A stretch of DNA of 63,761 nucleotides, counting the filler, from Octopus bimaculoides (lineage: Eukaryota), in assembly GCF_001194135.2 (NCBI RefSeq). It is 5 parts of 4 records of this genome, joined end to end, with 100 filler letters (N's around TTAATTAATTAA, not from the genome) between each part and the next. Parts side by side here need not be neighbours in the genome. Positions count along the whole stretch, not along the records: positions 21,065 to 36,224 come from NC_068986.1; positions 36,325 to 44,745 come from NC_068982.1; 3 more parts are not named here. One strand, 5' to 3'. The notes beneath the pieces are model-generated. The model had not been told where the DNA came from and ran no database searches. It saw only the letters and a list, made by a program, of their open reading frames with translations. The position numbers and the translations under genes were made by a program. The first letter of the stretch is position 1. Each line of letters opens with the position of its first letter. Shown here piece by piece: positions 24,331 through 38,803 of the stretch.

Positions 24331-26189
24331 ATGTACATATGTGGACACAAGACGTCATGAAATGTGTACAAAATAAATGCGGAGTATGAGTACATGGAAT
24401 ATGAATTATTTGTACTAACAACGAAATAACACAAATGGAAAACAAGGCAAACAACATAAAGAATGACCTTTCATCAGTTGTTGGCCGTTTTTCTGCTCTC
24501 GTAGTTCGAGCATTTAGCAACAATATACGCTTTCGATAAAACAGTTGCTCCCGCAAGGCAAATTAAGTAAAATTTGGGATTTTGCGGAGAGTAAAAATTG
24601 GTAACACAAACAGGACAGTGAAAACAAACAGGAAGGGCTGTTAAGCCTAAACAAGGTTATGGTGGCGAACGCGTAAATAAAGCTTGGACAGCAGACAGAA
24701 AAGAACACGTCTTCTTTGTTCCAGGTACAACGTTAAGAAAAAAAGAAACACAAGTTAGGAGAAGAAAGAAAGATGGCCGGTGGTCACGTGGAAGCCACGT
24801 GAGCAACGGAGAATGAGTGCAGGAGAGAAGGTGACAGAGTAATAGGATAAAATAGTGGGAGAAGTGGAGGTAAAAGAATAAGAAAGAGAAAGAGAGAAAG
24901 ACGAAAGAGTAAAAGGATCGTATAGAGCGCACATCAGAATTATTAAGGTAAAACTTACTTAGAAGAAGATACGTGGCGTTCAATCATATAATAATATAAA
25001 TAATATATATATATATATATGTGTGTGTGTGNNNNNNNNNNNNNNNNNNNNNNNNNNNNNNNNNNNNNNNNNNNNNNNNNNNNNNNNNNNNNNNNNNNNN
25101 NNNNNNNNNNNNNNNNNNNNNNNNNNNNNNNNNNNNNNNNNNNNNNNNNNNNNNNNNNNNNNNNNNNNNNNNNNNNNNNNNNNNNNNNNNNNNNNNNNNN
25201 NNNNNNNNNNNNNNNNNNNNNNNNNNNNNNNNNNNNNNNNNNNNNNNNNNNNNNNNNNNNNNNNNNNNNNNNNNNNNNNNNNNNNNNNNNNNNNNNNNNN
25301 NNNNNNNNNNNNNNNNNNNNNNNNNNNNNNNNNNNNNNNNNNNNNNNNNNNNNNNNNNNNNNNNNNNNNNNNNNNNNNNNNNNNNNNNNNNNNNNNNNNN
25401 NNNNNNNNNNNNNNNNNNNNNNNNNNNNNNNNNNNNNNNNNNNNNNNNNNNNNNNNNNNNNNNNNNNNNNNNNNNNNNNNNNNNNNNNNNNNNNNNNNNN
25501 NNNNNNNNNNNNNNNNNNNNNNNNNNNNNNNNNNNNNNNNNNNNNNNNNNNNNNNNNNNNNNNNNNNNNNNNNNNNNNNNNNNNNNNNNNNNNNNNNNNN
25601 NNNNNNNNNNNNNNNNNNNNNNNNNNNNNNNNNNNNNNNNNNNNNNNNNNNNNNNNNNNNNNNNNNNNNNNNNNNNNNNNNNNNNNNNNNNNNNNNNNNN
25701 NNNNNNNNNNNNNNNNNNNNNNNNNNNNNNNNNNNNTACCACGCAGTGGGACTGAAATCGGAACCATGTGTTTGGTAAGCAAGCTACTTACAACACACCC
25801 ACTCCTGCGCTTACATAAACGTGTCCAACAAAAAATACGAAGTTCATGTAGATGGAATATGAACTATTTTTTTCGAACAACGAAAGACGCAAATGGACAA
25901 GACAAACAACAAAAAGAACGACCCTTCTTGCTATTATTTTACACTATCGTATGTCCAAATTTGCCCAAATGCATTTTTTTCTTTTTTTTTTTCAATATTT
26001 ACTTTTGCTTGCAATAGCCGATTCTTTTGGTCATATTATCGTATCTCCAGCTGCTTCAGATGCCAAGATATCAAAAATTATGTAAATGTAGTAAAACGGT
26101 TTTGCTATGGAATGGTGAAACTGTTTATTTTTCGTTTCCTGAAAAAGCACCGTTTTGGACTTACGACAATTTTGTATAACATCGACGGT

Positions 26190-26615
26190 ATATATATACT
26201 CTTGTACTCTTTCACTTGTTTCAGTCTTTTTGACTTCGGCCATGCTGGAGCACCGCCTTTAGTCGAGCGCAAATCGACCCCAGGACTTATTCTTTGCAAG
26301 CCTAGTACTTATTCTATCGGTCTCTTTTGCCGAACCGCTAAGTTACGGGGACGTAAACACACCAGCATCGGTTGTCAAGCGATGTTGGGGAGACAAACAC
26401 AGACACACAAACACACACTCATACATACATACATACACATATATATATATATACGACGGACGTCTTTCAGTTTCCGTCTACCAAATCCACTCACAAGGCT
26501 TTGGTCGGCCCGAAGCTATAGTAGAAGACACTTGCGTAAGGTGCCACACAGTGGGACTGAACTCGGAATCATGTGACCGAGAAGCAAACTTCATACCACA
26601 CAGCCTCGCATGCGC
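26190..26615 (-). mobile_element. SINE family C, full length
   Basis: Consensus match. Confidence 0.88.
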
Positions 26616-28039
26616 CTATGTTCACGTTTCTCTTATTCTCCATTCCTTTCTTTCTCTCAGCTATACTCTCCCTGTCTTTCTCTCCAAAAACACTTTCATT
26701 GGCAATTTTGCATTGTTTACCAAAATATAAGTCTCCATATTGTAAGAAAATTGTGTCAAACTCTGCTAGGTGGTGGTGTTAAACCAAGGTAATGTTTTAA
26801 GTCTACCTCCCAAAAATTCAGAATTCAAAAATGAATATAATTTGAAACCATCGCGTAACACGCTTGAATAATTCTGCAAATACACCTAGTGACCTTGACG
26901 GAATGTGACCTCGGAACGCACAGAGCTGGGACAAGCACTGCAAAGAATTAGTCCAAATTTCAAACAATTCTGTTAATACGCAATCCTCGTCTGTTACTTT
27001 AAATTATCGAACCAGATATGGAGAAAGGTAAACCTGACTTCGATAGGATTTGAACTCGAAGCGCAGAGAGCTGGATCAAATATGTCAAGGTATTTTGTGC
27101 TACACTCTAAGCGATTCAGCTAATTTGTCATCTTTCTGTTGTCCAAATACAGCAATGTAAAGACATTAAGTTTATTAATCGCTTTTCTATAACTTCAACA
27201 TGTGATACGAATTATGTGAATTTGGTTTTACTTTTTCTTTTCTGTGTGCGCCATGTTTATGTGACTGAGTCTGGTGGTCGGCTATATTTAACGCTTTCTG
27301 ATGTCATTGGTTGGAGAGTAGATGGTGCGAGGATGTAGAGAGGCGTAATAATTACAGAGAAAACGAAAGAAAAATGGCGTAAAAGTAATGATTGTAAAGC
27401 GCTGTACTAAATATTTTCACTATATTTCGTTTAGTCCTCCTACTATCTGAATTTATATCGCGATACCATACAGAAAAATCATTAAAAAAATTATAAAATA
27501 TAACGGCACTGCTGCACAAGTCTATGTGATATATTGACAAAAATATATTTTAAGGTTAGCTCATTACAGTAAATATTTCTTTTCGTTTCTTTTAAAAACA
27601 TAAGCAGCTTAACAAGCGAAATATGAATACGAGCACAGAATATGAGTTCAATGGCAAAGAAGCTGTAGTAAGGTAGAACCCATCAAAAGATTAATTATCT
27701 TTTGATGAGTTCCGACTCACAAGTTTAACTGAAGATGGTGTGAACTTTCCTATTAATCCTCTAATATTCTCTTCATGTTCTTTTGATATTTATAAAACAG
27801 TCATGTAAAAAGTAAATATTTGACACAAAAACAGTAAGCAACCCAAATAAACATGTATTCACGAAATTCATAAGATAAGAAATTAAAAAAAAAATATTAG
27901 GTGTGGATCATTTCAACGAATGTAAGAGTTACATGTTTTTTTCCCTTTGCTTTCCTGCGTCGTTCTAAGTAAGTTGTTCTCAACCACTTTTTACTTGTGA
28001 ATTAATTCCTTTGATTTCAGTTTTTCTTTGTAGGCCCAA

Positions 28040-28510
28040 GTGTGGCTGTGTGGTAAGAAGCATGCTTCCTAATCACATGGTTCCGGGTTCAGTCCCACTG
28101 CGTAGCACCTTGAGCAAGTGTCCTCAACTATAGCCTCGGGCCGGCCAAAGTCTTTGTGATGTAGACAACAAACAGATGTATTAGTATAACGCTCGGGAAG
28201 TGAAAAGGTCTTTAACGTTTCGAGCCTACGCTCTTCCACAGAAAGGAACACAAAAAAAAACAAGGAGAGGAAAAAATGTGTGTAGTGGTTAGGGATCTAT
28301 ATATATGCATATTTGTGTGTTTGTGTCTGCATTTGTCCACCGCCATCACCACCGTCGCTTGATCACTGGTATTGGTGTGTTTACGTCCCCGTAACTTAAC
28401 TGTTCGGCAAAAGAGACCGATAAAATGAGTCCAGGGGTCGATTTATTCGACTAAAAAAAGGCGGTGCTCCAGCATGGCCACAATCAACATGACGGAAACA
28501 AGTAAATGAA
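28040..28510 (+). mobile_element. SINE family C whose middle is replaced by the Penelope-like repeat (nested or chimeric)
   Basis: SINE head 28040-28157, foreign segment 28158-28310, SINE 3' half resumes at ~28312. Confidence 0.7.
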
Positions 28511-30044
28511 TAATGGACTCTCTAGCGTGTCAGGAATCCTATGATTGATACCTCTTATGTGTTTAAATGTACACTGTATTTATATGAATAATATAAAGTC
28601 TATTGGCTAATTTTTCTACACGCTAGGCCACTGGAAGTAAAAAAAAAATCTCAATCTTTATTAACCTGATATTATTAATGAATTATTATTAGAAAATGTA
28701 TACAAAACTGTTAAAAGAAGTTTTCTATTGTAGAAGTATGGACAACTCGTTGCAACAAAATCATATATGGACCTTCAAGATTCATACGGACCTTGCTTGA
28801 GAACCATTGTTCTAAACGATATCTAATTATATTTCATTTCACTTCATTTTGTCTGATTTGAGCAACATTGAGGTTCATAGGTAAAATGGAGGAGCTCCTA
28901 CACCCACCCCCTTTATCTGCTATTATCTCCCTGAAATTACATCTGCTATTATCTCCCTTTAATACAGAGATTGTGAGCTGTGAAATATTGGTTTCAAATT
29001 GTGACACAAAGTCAGGAATTTTGGAGGAGGCTGCTCCAAAAGGAAAAATGTCAAAGTATTTCATTAACTGAGCAATCAGTTGATTTGAAAAGATTTATTC
29101 GCAGCTGTTTGAAAAGAAATTACTCTTTTGTCTTTCTTTATCAACATAATGAGTCAAACGAGTTAATTCCAGTGAAAGTCTGATACAGAAAGGAATGGTC
29201 CAACCAAACCCGAAATAATTTATTTGTGCCACGTTAAAATTCTGCCTTACTAAGTGTCATAAAGTAGCAAGTGACGTTCCTGTGATTCATTAACCAGATT
29301 CCCTGTTATGAAAACTGTAAGAATAACATCGCATCGAGTAGTTGTGTTTGGTGGTTATTGTCAAAGCCTGTGCTCTATGATTTAGCGCAAATCAACTCGC
29401 CTTTGGTGACATCGTCGCCAGATCAATTCGTCAGTTCGTCCTCAGGATTCAATTCAAAACATAACCAGATTATTTGTGTCATATTTGTTTCAGCTTCAAA
29501 TGTTTGTTTTAATTTCAGTTCAAATTGCAAGCGTGAAAATGTTAATCATTCTGAATCGTCGCTGCGATTGGTTTACAAATTGTTTTCTTCTGATATTGTC
29601 TCATTCGTAATGCAAAGAAATGGAAATGATGTTGTTTTAGAAATATAAGAGAAAGATAATACTTCATATATCGAAAGCCATCTAATTCCGTTATAAAAAT
29701 ATGCTGTTGATCATAACGGATCCAAACAAGTGCCAAACAGCAAAAAGTTATCCGGGAAGAAGAAACCAGTCAAAAGAAGAAATACGGAGATATAAACAAG
29801 CGCATTAGAATTTTGATAGATAATTACGATTGTGAACAAACAAAAAAATGAATTTATTGAATGCAGTTGCACATAATCTAAATATTTTATTCTTTAATAT
29901 TTTTACATTCACTTTTCTTTGGAGTTTCCTTTTGTCTTAGTGTTTTCATGATAATTTTTTAAAGACAAATTATTTCAAATAAACATATTCTAGTGTAAAT
30001 GATTTTTTTCTTTATATATAAGTTTTATTTATACAACCATCAAT

Positions 30045-30250
30045 ATTCCTTTTCTACTCTAGGCACGAGGCCCGAAATTTTGCGGAAGGCAAGCCAGTCG
30101 ATTAAACTGGTACTTAATTTATCGACCCTGAAAGGGTAAAAGGCAAAGTCGACCTCAGTGGAATTTGAACTCAGAACGTAAAGACGGACGAAATACCGCT
30201 AAGCATCTCGATCAGCGTGCTACCGCTTCTGCCACTTCCCCGCCTTACTT
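30045..30250 (-). mobile_element. SINE family D
   Basis: Reverse complement of the 5735-5950 copy. Confidence 0.8.
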
Positions 30251-30927
30251 CCATCATTATTCCATACGTGTTATTCTACGTACGTTTCTTTGTTTTGATG
30301 TATTCAGTAAAATACGCCCTTGACACCAACATTTTTAATAGTAAAACCAACATTCCGACATTAACACCACAGTAACAACAACCGCAGTAGCATCTGTTGA
30401 GTCCAGAATATGATGACGGACGAAATACCAGCAAGCGTTTTGTCCCGCGTGCTAACGATTCTGCCAGCTTACCTCCTTATAAATATGATAAATTTGACAT
30501 TTTTAGAAGGCATACAGCGTTCTTCCAAATTACATGCCTTGATAAATTCCGATTACGCGCCCTTGACACCAGAACTTTTAATAGTAAAACCAACATTCTG
30601 CCATTAACCACAGCAGTAACAATAGCTGCAGTGACATCTGTAGAAAGAATTAACAGAAGAGCAGCTGTAAGGGTTTCTGAAAAATATTTCGGGGACGGTA
30701 AACGTAAATAAGCCGACAACAACAATAACAATAACATCAACAACAGGAACATCAGTAGAAGCAACAGCAATAACGGTCCTTGATTTGGAAACAAGGCACG
30801 CAATTTTAACAGATGGGGGTGGAAATCGATTCTATCAAATCAAGTATTTGATTATTACTTTATTTTATCTGCATTGGTGCAGCAGTGGCTGTGTGGTAAG
30901 GAGCTTGCATACCAACTACATGGTTAC

Positions 30928-31200
30928 GGGCATATGGCGTAGTGGTTAAGAGCGCGGGATACTAACCCCAAGATTCCGAGTTCAATTCCAGGCAGTGACC
31001 TGAATAATGATAATAATAATGATAATAATAATAATAACAACAACAACAACAATGAAATATACCTTAGGAATGAGAGCCCAGGTTCGAAATTTCTCCAATT
31101 CACCCGATGAAGGCTGGAGGGTATATCAATCCAAACGTTGTGTTAAAAACAAACAAGATGAGGACAAATATCCGTCAAATGTAAACAATGTAAATAATGT
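30928..31200 (+). mobile_element. tRNA-derived SINE family E with a degenerate hammerhead-like tail
   Basis: Head ggcatatggcgtagtggttaagagc...gagttcaattcc, then (AAT)n(AAC)n, then cacccgatgaaggctgg...caatccaaacgttgtg. Confidence 0.65.
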
Positions 31201-32297
31201 ACTTGAAGGCCAGTTCGTCAATGATTTTACAACTCTACCGATTGACATCTCTCAACAGATACCGTTTTTATATTCAATAGAAGGATAAAAGATAGCTGGT
31301 CTCTTAAGATTTGAACTAGGAATGGAAAGATTCAAAACTAATAATGCTAGACACTTTGTCCAACGTTCTGGCGACTCTATTCATCCATCGTTTTGTTGTT
31401 CACTGCCTGAAAGGGGGAAAAAAAGAGGGCAGGAGTAGGTCATGGCTAGCGTGCTTTTGATCATTGATCATTAACCTGCTCAATGAGGGCAGACCCTAGG
31501 TTTAACCACATTTGTGAAGTATTTCTCCATTGTTTATCAGGGTTGTTTATCTCGTTATTAGTAGTATGTCCCATTAACTCCCGTCAGATCTCCAATTCTT
31601 CAGATGCATTCGCCATGTGTTTAAATGTTCGGATTATCCTAATCTTTCCCCCCGCCACTACCATACCATCCACCCTACCATAACACACGCATTTCACATA
31701 ACTACCACCACCACCACCATTGCCGCCATAACCTCTAGACACTCCTACTCAATGCCGTCGATGTAAATCTTAATTAAATAATATCTCTGTGCGTGAATGT
31801 GTTTATTATCTCTTTCAACCTGTAACACTAAAGTAGACACGACCACTACTACTTGCCTGCGTCATCGTCGTCGTCACCAGCTTCTCAAGTATGATTTAAA
31901 GAAAAGAAACGTTGTGTGGTTTAAGGAGTATTTGCATAAATGTGAGGTAAAGAATAGAAAACCGTTGGACATTCTTTTATTTTCTGTATGATTAACTATT
32001 TTAGCTTTAAACATCAAATGGTACACTTCGTTTAATCCCTGAGTTTTATGAACCTACTGTCGAATCCTAAACATTTTCTCGATCCCTTGTTGATCCTTAA
32101 AACGTTTCATTCAACTCACTTGGCCCTACATCGTCTACAATCTGTAAACATAAACTAGAAAAGGGATCAGACAAGGTAATTATACTTTGCTGTATGCTAA
32201 TCCACTCACCTGAAAAGATAAATCAAAATTAATCAACATTATAATTTTGCCAACGACCAACACGAGACGAAGTTCCTTTCGGTCGATTTAGATAAAA

Positions 32298-32384
<87 letters not shown>

Positions 32385-32394
<10 letters not shown>

Positions 32395-32770
32395 CATTTC
32401 TTTTATTAGCCACACAGGGCTCAACAAAGATGGGACGAATACAATGTAGAGCTTTTCTTTTTAGGAGGGAGAAGGAAGAGAAGAGAGAAAAAAAAAGTAG
32501 GGGTGCGTGTCGATCAAAAGGGATCGTAGGAAGGAAAAAAGGGGGGAGTTCGATCAAAAGGGACCGAGAAAGAAAAAAAAAAGCGATCAATAGGGATCGT
32601 GTATCACAGTAATGTTCTCGTGTAAAAACAGGGGAGGACAGTTTAGGTTTAGCCATGGAAAGAAAAGCCTACGGAAAAGACCACGGTAACCTTGGTCAAT
32701 ATTGTCATTGTAGAAACTATAACAGTAAGTGACTCTCTTTTGCCTATTTGTTTTTTGTCTGGATTTTTTT
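32385..32770 (-). mobile_element. Probable LINE 3' end (L1/Tx1-like) with (ATCT)n tail
   Basis: Minus strand ends ...aaaagctctacattgta...ctgtgtggctaataaaagaaatg(tatc)n. Confidence 0.4.
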
Positions 32771-32965
32771 TTACACCTTTAGATAGATAGNNNNNNNNNN
32801 NNNNNNNNNNNNNNNNNNNNNNNNNNNNNNNNNNNNNNNNNNNNNNNNNNNNNNNNNNNNNNNNNNNNNNNNNNNNNNNNNNNNNNNNNNNNNNNNNNNN
32901 NNNNNNNNNNNNNNNNNNNNNNNNNNNNNNNNNNNNNNNNNNNNNNNNAAGATAGATAGATAGAT

Positions 32966-33002
<37 letters not shown>

Positions 33003-33052
33003 AAGATGATAGATAGATAGATAGATAGATACATACATACATACATACATAC

Positions 33053-33099
<47 letters not shown>

Positions 33100-33792
33100 A
33101 AATAAACTCAGAAGTCATTGGCCAATAGTAAGGGTGAAGGGCTTGTAGAAGACGTTTTCCCAAGGTGCCAAGCAGTGGGATTGAAACCAAAAACGCAAAA
33201 CTACATTGTTGCAGATCGAATGTCGTAACCGCGCAAGCATGTTTGCATGCACTTTAGAAAATACGAAACACGCAATCAATATCTGACATATAAACACACA
33301 CTTAGTCATATACAAAATATTTACATAGAATATACACACATTTAAGTAATCATAAACACAAGCACAATTGTACGCATAATTATTTACTCGCCTCTTCTCT
33401 AACCTTGTCCATCTTCATGCTACGCAAAACAGCTCATCGTATAATATTATACTCATGGCAACACGGTTCCAAATGGTTCCAAATAGATATTTATACGAGG
33501 GTCAAGAGAAGCTATCTGTATATAGTAGTATATTACTGATCAACGTGTCCAGTCGCTCATCTCCGTCTATTGACCAGATGGACGCGTTACGATCAGTTCT
33601 GCGGTTGTATACCGTTACACGGAGATACATTAACGGAATATGCCATTGGTCGGTGATAAACGGATAAATCTTCCATTTGATCGTATCTTGTAAGTTAAAT
33701 GGAGGGTTTCTATAGGGATATCATATGTGTGTATGCATATAGGTCTGCATGCGTTTGTATCTATGCATACATAGATACATATATACGTATAT

Positions 33793-33823
<31 letters not shown>

Positions 33824-33867
33824 GACATACAAATATATGTATATATATATATACATACAAATATATG

Positions 33868-33923
<56 letters not shown>

Positions 33924-35001
33924 CATATGTATATAGACACACACGCACACATATATGTCTATATATATATATACATATATATACGTATATATATATATAN
34001 NNNNNNNNNNNNNNNNNNNNNNNNNNNNNNNNNNNNNNNNNNNNNNNNNNNNNNNNNNNNNNNNNNNNNNNNNNNNNNNNNNNNNNNNNNNNNNNNNNNN
34101 NNNNNNNNNNNNNNNNNNNNNNNNNNNNNNNNNNNNNNNNNNNNNNNNNNNNNNNNNNNNNNNNNNNNNNNNNNNNNNNNNNNNNNNNNNNNNNNNNNNN
34201 NNNNNNNNNNNNNNNNNNNNNNNNNNNNNNNNNNNNNNNNNNNNNNNNNNNNNNNNNNNNNNNNNNNNNNNNNNNNNNNNNNNNNNNNNNNNNNNNNNNN
34301 NNNNNNNNNNNNNNNNTATATATATATATATATATATAGTTATATACCTTTGTACATACATATACTTATATTTATGTAACTGTGCAGTTTTTTAAAATAT
34401 ACGTGCGCGTATGTGTATGTATATATATGTATATATATATAAAGAGAGAGAGAGAGAGAGAGAGAGAAAGGGAGAGGGTGGGGTGAGAGACCATGATGCA
34501 AAGGAACAGATAAAACTGCTTTGGTTTTATATTCAAAATATATATACATGTATATATGTAAATAAAGAAAAGGCAAAGGCTGAAAAATTTTCAGATGATT
34601 CAAATTCATATATGTATGTGTAGATTTGTCTGCGTGTGCTTGTGTGTGTGTGTAAGTGTGTGTGTATGCATTTGTGTATGTATGTATGTATGTATGTATG
34701 CATGTATGTATGTACGTATGTATATTATTAGTGCAAATTTACACAGATTATATAGACGGGAGATAGTATGGTGTTACAAGTCCGACAGCTGTTTCTGGGG
34801 ATTCGGGCTTATAATGTTGGCAGATGTTTTTGAAAACAATTATTGAAACCAAACAAACGTTGGTAAAGAAAACCTGCCTCTTTCACGGCAAAATTCTGTG
34901 ACATTTATCTTGAGAAAGATTTTCGTATAGATGTGTAGGACTAAAGAAACCCAGACGTATATCAGCAGCAGTCGAAAAGCGTCCAGTAGCGGGAGTGAAA
35001 T

Positions 35002-35044
35002 TGCTAAATCACGATTTCTGCGTCGTTGTACGTCATCAGTAACA
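35002..35044 (-). ncRNA. Candidate type I hammerhead ribozyme (atypical stem II)
   Basis: uguua-CUGAUGA-cgu(acaacg)acg-ca-GAAA-ucgugaU-U-uagca; 5-bp stem I, near-palindromic stem III, two extra nt before G12. Confidence 0.4.
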
Positions 35045-35519
35045 GGTATCCGCTATTAACGGTATGCTTAGACAAATTTAGCGTCGACTGGTATCTAAGA
35101 AGAAAAGTGATTACCAAATCACTTAAATTGCTGGTGGAAGCAGCATTGGATCAGAACAGCATTCTGTACATCTTACGTATTGCTGTTTCTATGGAGACTG
35201 TTTGCGTGTTAGTGTGTGTACTAGTCTGTGTATGTCTATGTGTGTTTGTCTGTGAGTTTAAATGTGTATGTCTCTATGTCTATGTGTTTGTGAGTGACTG
35301 TATATTTACTGAGATGTATATCCTGTTTTCTTTCCTTTCTTTTCCAAATGTATTTCTTTTAAATAATCGGATTTCTGTTTAAAATATATAATGACATTTT
35401 TTTTTCTCAAAGTAAACAATTTTTTTGGTTGCGGGTCCCACGAGAGTGAAATTATGGAGGATAAAAATGTAAGTGTACTCCTGGATAAAAAATAGAGTGT
35501 TGTTCTGGTCGGAAGAGTT

Positions 35520-35770
35520 TGGTCGTGAAATTAACGTACAAGTGGTTGAGCACTCCGCAGACACTTAGTTCTCAGGGAGACTCAGCGTGACATAGAATGT
35601 GACAACGCCGGCCCTTTGAAAGACGGGTACTACTTATTTTTACCAGCTGAGTGAACTGGAGCAACGTGAAATAAAGTGTCTTGCTCACGGACACAACGCG
35701 TCGCCGGGAATTGAACTCACGACTTTACGATCATGAGCTCAATACCTTAAACACTAAACGACGTGCCTTC
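35520..35770 (-). mobile_element. SINE related to family B (shared central domain, different head)
   Basis: cgtgaaattaacgtacaagtggttgagcactcc...gggaattgaactcacgac. Confidence 0.7.
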
Positions 35771-36339
35771 ACAAAGTGAACTACTGTATTATGAATTGTT
35801 ATTCTTATGCTCGCCATGTAATGTAGCCAATAATACATGAGATCGATGAAATGCTCAAGAGACACCTTTACTTGAAGTAATGTGATTTCTATAAGAATTA
35901 TTGGAAAGAAACTCTTTTGGTAAACCTTCACTTGAATCTAACTTTATGATGTGGGTGATTACTAAGAGTCAAATATAATGAAGGAGGTTATCACCAGCAC
36001 CACCAGCACCATCATCATCATCATCATCATCATTATCATCATCCAGTGTTCCAAATTTGGGTTTAGGCCCCGTTAACAGGGGTGCCGGATCTACCACAAT
36101 GCCATAGCAACCGAGGTAGGCTGGTGCAGCCCACTCCCGTTCTCCTTCGCTATCATGTAGCTATTTTTGTTTTTGTTTTGGAGCTGGATTTTCTCGTATA
36201 TATATATATATATATATATATATANNNNNNNNNNNNNNNNNNNNNNNNNNNNNNNNNNNNNNNNNNNNTTAATTAATTAANNNNNNNNNNNNNNNNNNNN
36301 NNNNNNNNNNNNNNNNNNNNNNNNGACCACCAAAACCTG

Positions 36340-36920
36340 CAGATAAGTTCTGCTCTTTGTGGATCTAAAAATGACTTTTGAGTCCTCCGTTGGATTTTCA
36401 AACCTTCTGGCATACATTGCATTCAAAGGTGTGCACAGACACATAGGCAGTTGGTGGAAGATCGTTTTCCATGCGTTCGCAGATGAGATCTGAGGCCAGC
36501 AAAAGACAGGTATGGTCTGTCACAGACTGTGCTCACAATAAGGACATTTTCATTTACCTTCTCGATCGTTATATTCTTCCTTAGATCTCTTTTGAGTCTT
36601 ACTTGCGTTATCCTGGCCTCTTCGCATGTTTTCAGTCGACTCCACAATTTTGTTCGCCATCCAACTCAATCCGAAGCAAGGTTTTCTATATCTTCTGGAA
36701 CCATTTCAAGTGACTTCATAGTAGTCATTATGCCGTCCTTAAACCTTAGGTTTACACCGATAACGTTTCCCCCTCTGCAAGCTCATCATAAAACAGCTGT
36801 TTCAGCATGCATTCATCTGCCATTCGAACAATATGGCCACACCATCTCAATTGGTTCCTCAAAATCATAGCTTTAATTGAAGTGATGCCTGCAGATGCAA
36901 GGTCATCTGTGCTAGAAGTA
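36340..36920 (-). mobile_element. RTE-clade LINE 3' fragment from a second family, with a C-terminal zinc-finger-like motif
   Basis: RWCGHIVRMADECMLKQLFYDELAEG and VCDRPYLSFAGLRSHLRTH. Confidence 0.75.
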
Positions 36921-37625
36921 AAAGAAATACATTTAATTTTTAAAATGCGATGAATGGTGAAAAGGAGTCACATTACGTTTATTGTTGTATGTACATATTG
37001 CCTGTACATAGATGTATTTATATATACTGTAATGTGTGTGTCTGCCGAAGAGCATGAGTGTGTGTGGTTTGCGTCCGGGTTTGTAGAGTGACGAGTTGCT
37101 AACGAGATAGTTAATAGAATTGATAAAATAAATAATTCCAATGTAAAAATATAAATCTTAGATAGTGTCATAAATTGATAGTAGATCGAGAAGGAATCTT
37201 TAAATTAGAATTCAAATCACAGAATGCATATGGAATGGCTACTATATATGCTTTGAAACTTAGTCAAAAATCCCGAAGTTTAGAGGAATAGATTTGGTGA
37301 CTCATTCCTCCTATTCTTAACTCATAATTTATCTTTTATCAACCCCGAACACCCTGACAAGTTTTGTGCTGAGAATGTACAGAAGCGGAACTAAAGTCTG
37401 TAACGTATTACCCCAGGCACTACTATTGCTCAATAATTGTTTTTAACTTACCTCCATCTGCGAACCCACTACCGTCCTTTATGATAAATCAGCTTCATTT
37501 GCTTAATGTTATGTTATCCAGTAGTTTCTTACGCTCGAAGAAAACTACAAGTTACCGTAAGGAATCCAACTTACAAAATCCTCAAAATCCCAATTACGTG
37601 TAGAAATACGAACTAACTGACGAAA

Positions 37626-37707
<82 letters not shown>

Positions 37708-38246
37708 ACACACACACAATATGTGAGAGTGTATGAGCGTGTAGGTATGATATACCTGTAAGTGTGTTTGTATATTACTGTGAACTGCTTAAAGGAGAAA
37801 AGTCCAATTAAAGTCGAAATACGAATATGATAGTGGCCTGAATTTTACATAATGTACATGGTACTATATCGAATTATAAGAAAGTGGAATGCGATTACGT
37901 TACGTTTTATTTGCAAAATATGAAGGGTAATTATCGCCCTCAAAACACGCTTGTAATGACGTTCACACACACATACATACACACATATAAGTAGAAAGTA
38001 ATGTAAAAACATATGGAGGATATATTATAAATAATTAAGATTATTTATGAATATATGAATGGCCAAACATGCTATCATAAAATATAAAGAAGAAAAACGT
38101 TTATAATTATGAACTAAGAGGGTTAAACATAGCAGCCAAAACCGCTATAAAGCCATTATACCACTCATATTATTTCTCCTCATGATAAAAAAGCTCTCTT
38201 CGGGTGATATGACAAATAGAATCCACAACTTGGAAATAACTGGTTA

Positions 38247-38310
38247 ATTCCATATTGCAATTTCGACGTTAGGGTCCCTGTAAGGGATCCATTCGTCTCG
38301 TCAGAGGAAA
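38247..38310 (-). ncRNA. Type I hammerhead ribozyme motif
   Basis: uuuccu-CUGACGA-gacg..ggauccc(uuaca)gggaccc..cguc-GAAA-uugcaaU-A-uggaau; palindromic stem III AUUGCAAU; U.U mismatch at the first stem I pair. Confidence 0.65.
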
Positions 38311-38751
38311 TATTCCTATAGATAGAAATCAAAACAAGGCTTTACGTTGGTGTTAGCATGAATTCCGACCGGCAATAGAAATGTTTCAATCTCTACCTAC
38401 AAAATCAAGTTATGTGAAAAGACCGGTAAATTCGAGCCACGGCAAAATCACCAGATATGAATAGGGAATATATATATGTGTGTGAATGTGTCATGTGTGT
38501 AAAATATATGTATATATTTGTATGTAAGTGCCTATAAATATGTATATGTCCCTCTCTCTCGCTATCTCTCTTTATATACACGTATCTATATAGATATAAA
38601 TATATACGTATATATGTATATTAACATACGAATACAGACAGATAAACACATTTACATATGCACCAAAATGCGTGAGTATATGTATGTATTATGAAACCAT
38701 CTGTCTATCGATCTATCTAGCTATGCATATACAAACATACATACATACATA

Positions 38752-38803
<52 letters not shown>

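Noticed and set aside
28834-29183. Short overlapping ORFs as a second gene
   Set aside because: No recognisable domain or consistent splice structure.
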